A stretch of DNA of 64,000 bases from Phoronis australis (taxonomy: Eukaryota; Animalia; Phoronida): contig NMRA01000144.1 of NCBI GenBank assembly GCA_002633005.1, positions 186,001-250,000 of the forward strand, in the 5' to 3' direction. Made by a program: the position numbers and the translations under genes. Below are positions 1 through 11,815 of the stretch, piece by piece; within the stretch, counting starts at the first letter, position 1, and each line of letters begins with the position of its first letter. The notes beneath the pieces were generated by a model, which was not told the origin of the DNA, searched no databases, and worked only from the letters and a program-made list of their open reading frames with translations.

Positions 1-2312
1 GCAGTTTTTCAGGTTCTCTGGCGAATGCTATATGGTATTGAATAAATGCAAGGCGGCCTTTATATGATTTTGTGTCACATTGGTGATCACTCACAAGGCA
101 CATGCAATTTATCTACAGAAAATTCTCGTATATTAGCCCAGACGAAAACACGCCCGGTGGACGTAGGCTATACAGCGTATACGAATAGGAAACTACTGTA
201 CAACCATGTCGTATACATGTATATTCGAAAAAAATTGCATGGTTGAATCACAAATGTTCTCACATAAATTGACACAAAAACGCACACTCTTCTTTACAAT
301 AACCATTTAACTTTTTTGAACCACGGTTGAATTTTCTTGACTCACTTTCTTTGAAATTGTCGCCTGCTTGGTTGGCTGAGCATTTTGAATATTGTAAAGC
401 ATGCGAAGGTACAAATGGCATGTGCTATATACTTTTGAGTCTGCTCTAAGTGAAAGAGTGCCAGTTGTTTACCTCTTGACCAACTTTTTGCCAGTCGTGG
501 TTTTCCTGAAATCTTTACTTCTTGCAGGAAGTCAAGTACCTTTCAGAAACTTTGAATTTGTAAAACATCATAATGATCGATTCCCACTTTTCACCTGATT
601 TCAGTAAACTGGAGAGTTTTAGCAAACTGTCTCAACGAACTGTCTCTCAGTTGCTAATCGCATGCAAATAGTGACTTTGAGGTGAAAACTGCTGGTATTT
701 GCTTTTTTCAAGCACTTCTGGTAGCCATAAAGGACGGGAAATTGACTTTGGAATCAGTTTCACAGACCCGTAGCCAGGACGTTCGGGGTTCAATCAAAGA
801 CCCCCGCAGAATAGGTCTACCCCCGCATTATCCGTTCAAGACAGGATATAGAAGGGCGACAACAACAAAACTGTTGCAGCTACTGGTACATGTACTACTA
901 ACTACACTGATGACTAAATAAGTAATAATTTTGAATTTGCTTTTGAGTGAAAGCGATTCACGTAATCACCGGACCGTACCTAGTCAACTTCGTCCAAATG
1001 GTGTTTGCGTAGATGACAGGATCGTGCAGACGAGTAGAGGAGGCTTCATGTTCTTCATCACGCGCGTATTGGTTACAACATAGAGTAACAAGGGCGTGTA
1101 GAAGTAAATGTCTAATCTATAGATAGGCTATATAGCAGCGAGAGAGCTCCCAAAAAGTAGTGCGTCGTGAACGTCATTTACTGTAATACATGTAGGTCGA
1201 GAAACAAAACAGCAGAAAAATCTGCTATCGTGGTATACTTGCTTACATAGTACAGTGTACGGCAAAATGCAGGCATTTTCAAATTTCGAATTGAAAGTGA
1301 TCGTCAAACATGTTGTTCATCCATTGTCCACTTTGTTGGGTGGATTGACTTGCGTGCGTGTACACGTGTGTGCTTTTCCATTATTTTAAATTCAGTACAC
1401 GCCGACGGTAAGTTCACCACAGGCAATCCTCCTTCGTCGCTCAGAAAAAAACGATATTTAACTACCGTGTTTTCTTGCCCTGAGCAAACCCCGACGAGTA
1501 TGTTCACATTGTTAGGGAAAAGTATTCCTAGACCTAATAAAAACTTTGGTCAATGAAGAAAGTTTTATCTTGGCAATCAGTGTCAATGGTGCACAGCTTA
1601 GCATATTTCATACGAGCAACAAACTTGATGGAAACGATTTCCAAGGTTACAGGTCACTATTCCGAAGGTTCGCTACCTTCGAAAGTTCACTACTTCGAAT
1701 GCCCACAATTTCGAAACGAGAACTGCGACTTTTCATTACTAACTGTCTGCTGATAAGTCGGAACTGACATAACTAAACCATTGTATTTGTGTCCATCTAA
1801 TAACCATTTAAAAGGTGTGCAAAAATTCAATAGTTCTTAAAACTTTGATTATATTGTTTACAGATGAACTCAGTTCCAATCAATAGTGATTACTGACACT
1901 AACCAATGACTCATTTTCAACGACAACATCGGGTCAGGGCTGCGGCGACCAACGGCGGTTTTACTGTACATTTAAGAACACTGAATGGAGCTATATGACT
2001 TCGTGAAGACCGGCAGGGACAGGGTATCCTACCAACTACCTTTATTTTTGACTCGGCTGTGAGTGTGGTTCCGGTGGGTGAGGCTTAGGCGCAGAGGCCC
2101 TAAACGTTTCAGTCAAGCTGTGAAATGGTGGAGTGTTGACATGGATTTGATGAATGTATCGTGGATGATAATTCATCAGTACTCCTACTTCATATTTTGT
2201 TTAAATGTAAGTACTTACACACTTTTCCGTATTCGTGAGATATGCGGGCAATTGACCTATCGCCAGGAGTTTGAGTGACGGCTTAACTGACCAATCACAA
2301 TGCATCATCCTT

Positions 2313-2433
<121 letters not shown>

Positions 2434-2762
2434 TTGTTTCCAAGTCGCCATTTTACCCGACAAACACCTCGTAAAAGGTATTGTTTGTTCCTCGACATTT
2501 CTCATGGGGGAGGAGCTTGGTGCAGATCAATTTTACATGCGCATGAAATCCGTGCGTTATTTTGGATATAGTTATTCCACCGCCGCTTCTAATAACCAAA
2601 GTATCGTATAAAAATTACACCTGAGTCCGAAATGTTAAATATTTTGGAGTAGTGAACCTTCGAAGTAGTGTATTTAATCAATTTTGCTCATCAATGTAAA
2701 GTGTATATTAGCATCAACTACTGCCAGTTGCTGCTTTATGAGTCTTGGTACAGTATTTGCCC

Positions 2763-3260
2763 ATTATTTATTAATTTATTTATTTATTTATTGTGATATT
2801 TAAAATGGGGGTGGCCTCTTCAGTGATAGCACCGCTTTCCAAGAGGGCCCTCAACAACAAAAACAGTAATATAATACAATGAAGTAATAAAACAACAATT
2901 AAATATACGTGACAAAGACACAATTAAAACAGGTTGAGAGTTAAGTCAATAAATAAATGACGAAGAATGGTGAAAATTTAACTAAGAGAGATGAAATAAA
3001 TAAAGAGATGACTCTAAATAGTGAGAGTATTTACGACAATGAAAAGAATGACATGATTAAGACAGGTAGGGTATAAAAAGTTAGGTAAATTACAGCCTCT
3101 TTTTAATATTACGTTTGAAAGTATCAGTTGACTCGGACCGTTTAATTTCTGGGCTAAGAGAATTCCATATTTTAGCAGCCGCATGGATAAAAGATCTCTT
3201 GCTGGTCTTGGTTTTATTTTTTTTTTTAAAGAAACATTTCCAGCAACAGAAGAGCGTGTA
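2763..3260 (-). mobile_element. 3' fragment of an L2/CR1-group LINE
   Basis: The minus strand reads KTSKRSFIHAAAKIWNSLSPEIKRSESTDTFKRNIK, a typical ORF2 C-terminus, followed by a 3' end with a GC-rich patch and a (TAAA)n tail at ~2763-2792. Confidence 0.75.
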
Positions 3261-4526
3261 TAATATACAGCTTGACAGCTATTGAATTATGTTGTACCCA
3301 GCCAAGAATAATAATGCCCGTACCAGCAAAGCTGCTCATGGTAGTTAAATTTAAATGTTCTACCGTGTCCGTTATGTCAATCAAACAATATGGCCATCAT
3401 AAATTAAAGTGGTACAGAAAGTGTGATCAAACTTAAAGATGCATTTTCATGCTTCTAACTATGCTAATGTAAAATGTATTCCATGAACTAAGCGCCATTG
3501 CTATTTGAACATCATCTACGCCGTTGCATTCAATGACAACTTAAATGTGAAAACAAAACATTCTGAATTAATGACGGGCTCACATAGCCCGCATCATGCA
3601 GTGTTATTCCCAAGCACACGTCACAATAATTAATGGATACGGTTGATTAATTTACATGTACTGCGGATCATTTTCGACACAAAACTTGTTCTTAAAAACA
3701 TTTGGCAATTTACATCCTACTTCATGCTTACATACTCGCTATATGTTGTGTTGACCAAGCAATCACAGAGATAAGGAATTTTCTTCTCAGCTTTTGAGGG
3801 TTACAGGGCATTATTTTGCTTCAGGGAATTACACTGTAGATGGGAAAGTCGTTTTAAAAAATCAGCTAGTAGACCGAAACCGGATTTATCACCCTTTTAA
3901 GATGTCCCGGCCAAATGTGACGTAGGAAACAGAAAACGAGCTACACTGCTTATTAGACCAATCCGTCAGATCCACATAAACTACCCGGGAAGTACCTCGT
4001 CCAAGTTTGGATTCTCCGTTTCCTTAAAGCTAAAGCGTCCCTACAATGGATTTTTGTACTTTTTGAGGTCTTAGACTGTACATAATACTTTTATAACATA
4101 ACATTCAAGAAATTTGAATTTTGAAGTAAAATTAATGATTTTTGGTTTACCGTCACGTGATGTCATCAGTGGAAGACGTTGGTCAGTTGACAGCATAAAA
4201 GCAAAGGCTGATAGTAGTGATTTTGTAAGTTACGAAGGCTTAGAGAGAAAGTTTTGACGAATATTATGAAGAAAGGTATGTAGATGGGCGTGAAGACGAC
4301 ACTCTGGCTATAGGTGAAACGGATAATGTGTTAGACATCGCCATAACGACAGACTGCGTGTTTGAGTCTGTGCGAATTTGACTCTCCCGCACCTCCGTCT
4401 TCGGCGAGTGAAGCCCAGTTGGAGTCTGCTAAGTGTGCGGACAGTCATAATTTCTGAGTGAACCTGTCATTTAATCATGATGCAATTTTCCAACCACTAT
4501 AGTGTCGAGAAATATGCATATGTCTC

Positions 4527-4830
4527 CAGCGACGGATTTAGAGGGGGGCCAAGGGGGCCATGCTCACCCCCCCCCCTAGAATTCTCTCAGATACCACTTG
4601 GAAGTTCGGTGTACAAATTGCTGACTAGCATATGCGCGCACCCAGGGGGCCTATGCACAATGCATAGGCCTTGAACAAACCCCGTTTACCGTTTTTTTTG
4701 TAATAAGGTCCACACACCCAGAGATTCGAGACCCCTGCATCCCTACATTTTAGGTGGGCGCGCGCGTGTGGTGAAATTCTGGTTATTCCTGCCCTGGACC
4801 CCCCTAACTCAAAATCCTGGATCGGCCCTG
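4527..4830 (+). mobile_element. Non-autonomous DNA transposon (CAG..CTG termini, 5-bp TSD; hAT5-like)
   Basis: Ends cagcgacggattt / ggatcggccctg; TSD gtctc; the empty site is seen in the paralog at ~19880. Confidence 0.85.
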
Positions 4831-5536
4831 GTCTCGAACTGTTAATTGATAACCGAAGGGTTTAGCCTACTGTCAAATCTCAGTCGCAAATAATAGTCAT
4901 GTTGATTCCATTTCTTCAGGCGAGCGCGTTTGTCAAGAATGATCATAACTAGTTATTGTGATGCTAATTGGATTATATTTCTGATAAATGATACTCGTGT
5001 CTGTCTTGTCAGTTCCAAAATCATAAATGCAGTGCCCGACTCCAGTCTATGTGCCGGCTGCGGTCGTGAGCTCACTGTGCCTACATGTAGTTAAACATTA
5101 CATTTTCTGATATTGAGCATTGCCTGATATGTGGATAGTGTGCATTCCCACAAAATCTTGAACAAGAATAGACTGATAAGACGTTTTTACTGCAAACACT
5201 ATTTCAGTTACAACTTGATGCGAGGCTGAAATCCACGTTCCCAGCAATAGCACACCACAATACACACTTTTTGTACTTGAAATGCACTTCACGTTGTAGG
5301 TGCCTTTATAAAATCTGGGTGAGGCTGAGGCCCTGAACGTTTCAGTCACGTTGTGAAATGGTGCGATCTTGACATGGGTTTGATGAATGTATAGTGGTTG
5401 ATAATTCGTCATTAGTCCTAGTTTATATTCTTTTAAAAATGCAAGTACGAACTCATTTTTCCATATTCGCCTGCTCGTGGAATCCGGGCATGTTGAGGGT
5501 ATAGTGCATTTAATATCGTTTATTTCTGAGTATAAA

Positions 5537-5830
5537 CAGGGGCGGATCCAGGATTTTAAGTTAGGGGGCCAGGGCATAGGAATAACCAGAATTTCGCCAC
5601 ATGTGTGGGCCCAGCCTAAAATGTAGGGATGCAGGATTCTCGAATTTTTGGGATTGTGTTCCTTATTACTAAATAAAAAATGGTAAACGGAGTTTGTTCA
5701 AGGCCTACGCATTGTGCATACGCCCCCGAGCTCCCCTGGGTGCGTGAATAAACTAGTCAGCCGAGCAATTCGCACCCCGAATTTTAGGGGGGCCATGGTA
5801 ACTTGCCCCTCCCCCCTAAGTTCGCCACTA
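5537..5830 (-). mobile_element. Same MITE family, inverted
   Basis: caggggcggatccagg...ttcgccacta; TSD ataaa; empty site at ~2606-2620. Confidence 0.85.
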
Positions 5831-7197
5831 ATAAAAATTTCACCTGAGTCCTAAATTCTAGATATTTTGGATTAATGAACTTTCGAAGTAGAGAACCTCA
5901 GAATAGTGAATCTTCAGAGTAATGTACTTCGGATAACTGGGCTGTTCCAACTCCCAGCGATGTAAGCAACTCACGTAACACGCACAATGCAACCAGATAA
6001 ATGTTCAAGTCCTTCTCTGACTAAATATTTTAGTCCGAGTACATGTATGTATGGAGGTGTAATCACTCATTTAAGCACGCCTGATTTGAAAGTTTTGCAA
6101 GAGGTAAATGCGAGAATGTTCTCTTTCTAGACCATATAACATCCGAATTTGAGTCCCGTTTTTTTGCAAGCAACCGTCACGACATCCCCATTCCTGTATT
6201 ACGAATTCTGTCTTATCTCAGGAACAAGGAGTCGTCGTTGTGTAAACAGATTTCCCTTCCCCCCTAATTAAGCTTCGTCAAGGGCCTTACTGAAAACTCT
6301 TGAGTGTCGACGTTAAAGATGCTATGTCTCATTAAAGTGTGAATACTCAAATAAAGTACTGTACTAGCTTACAAACAACCCGGGGTCTTTCAGTGTGCGA
6401 GAAACGATCAGAGAATCAGTTACCATTACAATCTCGCCAAAGTGACCTTTTACGAGACCTTTTTATGTAAATGATTACAGTGATATTTCATCGTTACCCT
6501 AATGAAACAAGACACATATTTTATTATTTATTTATTTCGCTATCAAAAATCGATTGCGCACTATTTGGAATTATTAGGTTTTTTAAATGCCAACACTTGT
6601 TTTTAAGAGTGTCAGTTGTGGTGTTTTCATTTACAAACTGTTTCTTTTCCTTATACTTGTACACGCAGTTCTCCAGCAAGTCACTTGATATGAATATTCA
6701 CATCATTAATATTAATACCCATAAAGGTCCATAGAAATTCGAACCACATGCCTCGCAATGCTGGCTACGGGCCTGTTAGTCAATCACTTTTGAAATACAT
6801 TAAATAAGGTCCAGCGGGTCTGATGGGCCTGTCTAACTCGTCAAAATGTAGTACCAAGATCCTACTTTTATACGGTCGGTGCAAAGGAATCTACGCAGAA
6901 CGCACGGTGTGGGGACCTGTACCGGCTACGTGGTTGGACTGGTCATGAAGAATACCGTGGAGGCGTCGTCATTAGCAATTTGATGTTGGACTACAACACC
7001 AGTCTAACACAATTGTCTTTAAAATGTAGAAATCAACCGTACAGTTCCGCCCATTAGCTTAAGAGTCGTGGCAAGCGCTGAAAGCTTCTCACGTTAGCGT
7101 GACCAGGAATGACGGCCCAGTGCGACTAGGTAGCCGCGGTGCTGTGAAAAAAAATCAAGAATATTGGTGAAAGTTTCGTATAAAATGGTGCATAATG

Positions 7198-7351
7198 CAG
7201 TGGCGGATTTAGAGGGGGCCAAGGGGGCCATGGTCCCCCTAAAATTCTCCCAGATTCCATTTGGCAGTACGGGGGTGTGAATGTCTGACTGCAAAATCCT
7301 GGCTAATACTCTGCCCTGCCCACCCAACTCAAAATCCTAGATCCGCCCCTG
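7198..7351 (+). mobile_element. Same MITE family, short derivative
   Basis: cagtggcggattt...atccgcccctg; TSD not preserved. Confidence 0.8.
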
Positions 7352-8041
7352 TGACATCTTTGATTTAATACGTTTCATACTGTAATATTACATGAAGATG
7401 TGCATACATGTATGCTGCAAAAGTTTCAGTTACATGTGTGCTTGATTAACAAAGATAGGGAAAGTGTAAATTTGGCAGTCAGACTAACGACTGTACGGAC
7501 TCGACTGAGCCAACTACATGTATATGGACTCGCCATGAGTAGATCTTCGAAAACTTTACGAACTCACCAGTGAGGTGGTTAAGATTTTGTCAAATTTTAA
7601 CCTGAATAGAGCGTTTAACTTTATAATTACCAAATGTCCTCAAGGAGTAGGCCTATTGTCGGATAGCCTGAGAAAGATTGGATGTATTTGGAAACGGTGT
7701 ATTAAAGTGACAACACGGGTAAGAATTGTCAGGCCATTGTCATTAACCATTTTGGACTGAGTGAAATCGATGTAAAATCATTTTACATTTTTTCCGATCA
7801 AGCAAATTCAGGTGCTGTTACTTCTGTATTGGCACAGATCATTTTGTTAAGTAATTGACCACAGCTATCAAGCACTATAGATCAGGTATCTAACATCGTG
7901 GCTTGGAATGTTTCGGAGTAAAAATAAGGGTGCATTCCAAACTCTGTTTTGGAGAAGGGCTGAGAAACCAGTTAAAGCAAAAGATATCTAATATACGAGA
8001 AAAAGAGTTTGAACACAAGAGCCATTTATGAAGAAGTCAAA

Positions 8042-8897
8042 GGATAGTTCGGAAACCCCCTCAACCCCCACTTCCCTCGACCTCCCGACCCACGACCCCC
8101 TCGACCCACAACCCCCTCGACCCACGACCCTCGCATACCACGACCTGTGGCAATAGAGGTATTTTTGCGCTTTTTACATATTTCATAATCTTATTACGTA
8201 GCTAAGTGACTTTCCCAAAAATATACCTACACGCCAGTCCGCTCTGGCTCAGGTCTAGTGATTAAAAATAGAAAGTGGCGTGATAAAGTGATCTGAAATA
8301 GTGCATTGTGAGCGCCCTATCGTTGTAACGGAAATGGTTCCACGAGCGGCCACCAATGGCCCAGTTCTGCTAAACTTAGGGATAGAGTCCGTTACATAAT
8401 TTCATATTTTTTATTATGTGCTTTCTGGTTTATACTCGTTTTGCAATGTTCTCCATACAACTTTGAAATAATTTTTAGTTAACAGTTTGTTTTCTTTTTC
8501 AAACTTTACTGATGAAATTACAGGTTTGCCGGTTCCCGGCACTCTCCGCAAAATACGTTGAATCTGCCATTCACTGAAGAGCAGACGAGACGTTTACACT
8601 CAGCCGGGAACGGCATTTGTAACATTGCCAAGGTCTTTGATTTGGTTTGAATTGATTTGGTGGCGTTTTTTCTGTTTTTTTTGGCTTTCAAACTTGTCAA
8701 ATGGACTGTCTTAATTGCAAAAACAGGGAAAAGCCAGCCGATCTCACGGCCCAACTCACTGGTCTTACAAGTCGTCGCTTGTTCTATGTTAAGATCTAGT
8801 CGGGCTTGTGCCGACTGGGTCGAGGGGGTTGTGGGTCGTGGGTCGAGGGAGTAATGGGTCGTGGGTAGAGGGAGTCGAGGGGGTTTCAGAACAACCC
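8042..8897 (+). mobile_element. MULE/Mutator-like MITE
   Basis: TIRs ggatagttcggaaaccccctc / gagggggtttcagaacaaccc with subterminal (cgaccca) repeats; perfect 9-bp TSD gaagtcaaa (8033-8041 and 8898-8906). Confidence 0.88.
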
Positions 8898-9291
8898 GAA
8901 GTCAAAAGTAGAACGAGATGGCAAAGATGACATGTCTACACGTAGTACTAGAATACAGTGCAATAAATGAAATATGTGATGTCACACCACGCGTGATCGA
9001 TGCTTTGAATACAATAGGAAAGCCAGACACCTGAATCAAGTATGAAAAGATGATAGCAGATGGGACGTTCCTCTTAGACAATTTTGCTTTCTTACTGTTT
9101 TTAGATGTGTCAGAATCGTAACCCTCGACAACACTGTAACAGTGAGTTCCACGAACGACATAGTAAAGTTTTCTGATACAAACATTCCAAGGAAAAGTTT
9201 TGAGATTCATGTGAGAGATCAACCATATTGGAATGAAATCTGGAGGAGACCCCTTAGAATTGAAAATAAACTTTGCCGTTTCAAACGTTAA

Positions 9292-11815
9292 AGGAGCATG
9301 CCACCCAAAAAACAACCTAATTTGTATCAATTTAGATAGAGCAGTTCTACTCCATAAGAGCACGTAAGGTTGCGTTACCTGACACCTGACGGCAGACGGA
9401 GGTATTGGAATTATCCAATGACGTAATTGGTTTCACACGCAGTCTGTTCAGCAGTTCACAACACGGGTTAATGATGTCAACTTACTGCTTGAATTCATCG
9501 TTTAAAGGAGAATGCCACCCGGTTTTATTAGTCTTTTTTGCCGTCTTAATCGGTCTATATCCACTTCGCCTCGCATACGGTCGACCTTACCTTGCCAAGA
9601 GGTGTCGCGTTAACCTGTGAGGAAGATGAGAATCGACGCTAGCGACGTCAGTGGTTCATATGCAGAGTGAGTGCCGCTATGTTGCGGTGCATTGTTCCCG
9701 CTTGTCCGAACTAAGCAGCTGCGAGGAAAGCGGGTATATCGTTTTTTTACTTCCTCGAGTGTCTGAAATGCTAGTGGCTCATGGTAGTGAAGAACGAAAT
9801 GTACATGTACGCTGTAAATAGCAAGTACATGTATGAGGCCGTGAAACATCTCCGTGTCTGTGGCCTGCACGGAGTCGACAGTGCCTGACGAAATGCCGGC
9901 TTACCAAACAACTCCATAGTTACGTTCCGTTGTCTGAGCTTGTTCACGGCGCCTGTCTAGTATTTCTTCATCACTTTATTCCTGTTCGAATTGATAGCCT
10001 GTAAAATTTAACTATCCACCTGCGAAGTCGGGACTGATGAGCTCTAGCTCGTCCTAAGTCGGGATTGCAAGTTGCCATGTTTGCGTTTATTACTGAGCAT
10101 TCTCTTTCAAAATGAATTATTCTCACCCTAACCAATACTTATATAAAACTGAAACAAAGTCCGTCACATTAAATGCAATTCGTAATGCCTTTAGAGTGTT
10201 CGTGAGTGCAAATGATTTGAGAAGCCAGCAATGAATAAATCACCGCGTTACCGGATTTAGGTGCAACAAAACTAATTGACGGGACACCGAGGCCGTGTGA
10301 GCTCATGCTAATTTAGTGTTTAATGGCAGAAACTGTTGTGAAACAACTCGATTTCCATCCCACGGCCAGGTGTTCGGGGAATCTTTATTTACATTTACAT
10401 TACTCAAATAATGATTGTCAATGTATAACTTACGGTGCTGTGGCCAAAGCGGAACCTGAATTCGCGGCCCCCGACGAATAATTAGATTTGCAGTTTCGTG
10501 GCTAGTTCACCAACATAATCAGGCGCACATTACTTTGGCTCACTAGTATAGTATTTTCTTGCCTAGGAGTTTAGTTTCCACTGAACTTTGGCTGGTTTAT
10601 GTTTGTGAAGTCTGATCAGTTTCCGAGCCACTGGCCGGGAAAACGAGTCAATCCGGCCGGCTGCGACGGGCCTGATTGGGCTCCGAGCCACTGGCCAGGA
10701 TAACAAGCGTTTTGTTTAGAACTCAAAAAAATCACAAGTCTTAACAACACAAATCTAGGTTCTCCTGTCTGTATCTCACGGAAAATACTTCTAAATTTTC
10801 TCCGAACAGACCCCAAACTCCTGCTACGGACCTTAGTGGCCTGCCGAACTTTGTAGGCTACGGTGTGTCCAACTACCAATAAATCCGTAAGAGCGAAATA
10901 AACGTGGTGCACTTTAAGGGTTTTACATCAAAGTTTGATGATTTATTTGTGTTAAACGATGGCTTCAAGCGATAAGCTGACACTAGTAACCCGTGTTGTG
11001 AACTGCTGAACAGACTGCGTGTGAAACCGATGACGTCATTGGATAATTTCAACACCTCCGTCTGCCGTCAGGTGTCAGGTAACGCAACCGTACGTGTCGT
11101 TATGGAGTAGAACTACTCGATCTAAATTGATACAAATTAGGTTGTTTTTTGGGTGGCATGCTCCTTTAACACCAATAAATCATCAAACTTCGATGTAAAA
11201 TCCTTAAAAATACACCGAGTTCTTTTAAAAACGTGTTGTTTTATTTCGCTGTTACTGATTTATTGGTGTTTGGACACACCGTAGCCTACAAAGTTCGGCA
11301 GGCTAATAAGGTCCGTAGAAGGAGTTTGGGGTCTGTTCGGAGATAAATTCTAAGTATTTTTCCGTGAGAGACAGACAGGAGAACCTAAATTAGCATAAGC
11401 TCACACGGCGTTGGTGTCCCGTCAATTACACATAGGCCTAAAGCCGTTAGCTCAGCGATTTATTCATTGCTGGCTTCTCAAATCATTTGCACTCACGAAC
11501 ACTCCAAAGGCATTCCAAATTGCATCTAATGAGACGCACTTTGTTTCAGTTTTATATAAGTATTGGTATAAGGGTGAGAATAATTCAATTTGAAACAGAA
11601 CGCTCAAAACGTCAACACGGCAACTTGCAATCAAGACTTAGACGAGAGCTCAACCCAACGAAGACTTCGCAGGTGGATCGTTAAGTTTCACAGGCTATCA
11701 GTTCAAACAGGAATACATGTACAGTGATGAAGAAATACTAGAGAGGCGCCGTGAACAAGCTCAGACAGCGGAATGTATGGATAGTTATTTGGAAATGAAG
11801 CCGGCATTCGTCAAG
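9292..11815 (-). mobile_element. Kolobok-like element (outer, truncated copy: 9292-9505 plus 11170-~11815), interrupted by a second copy
   Basis: TTAA|AGGAGCATGCCACCC terminus; the sequence continues seamlessly across the insertion at an internal TTAA. Confidence 0.8.
9506..11165 (+). mobile_element. Kolobok-like non-autonomous element with a THAP remnant (inner copy)
   Basis: TTAA|AGGAGAATGCCACCC...GGGTGGCATGCTCCT|TTAA; purine termini with TTAA TSD; degenerate THAP (..KHLRVCGLH). Confidence 0.83.

Noticed and set aside
5098-9363. ORFs of 159 aa (5098-5577) and 153 aa (8902-9363)
   Set aside because: They cross transposon boundaries, have no domain features, and homologous copies are not open.
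10033-10060. CTGATGA strings as hammerheads (also ~31826, ~47982 and ~62872)
   Set aside because: No correctly placed GAAA, stem III or cleavage triplet.
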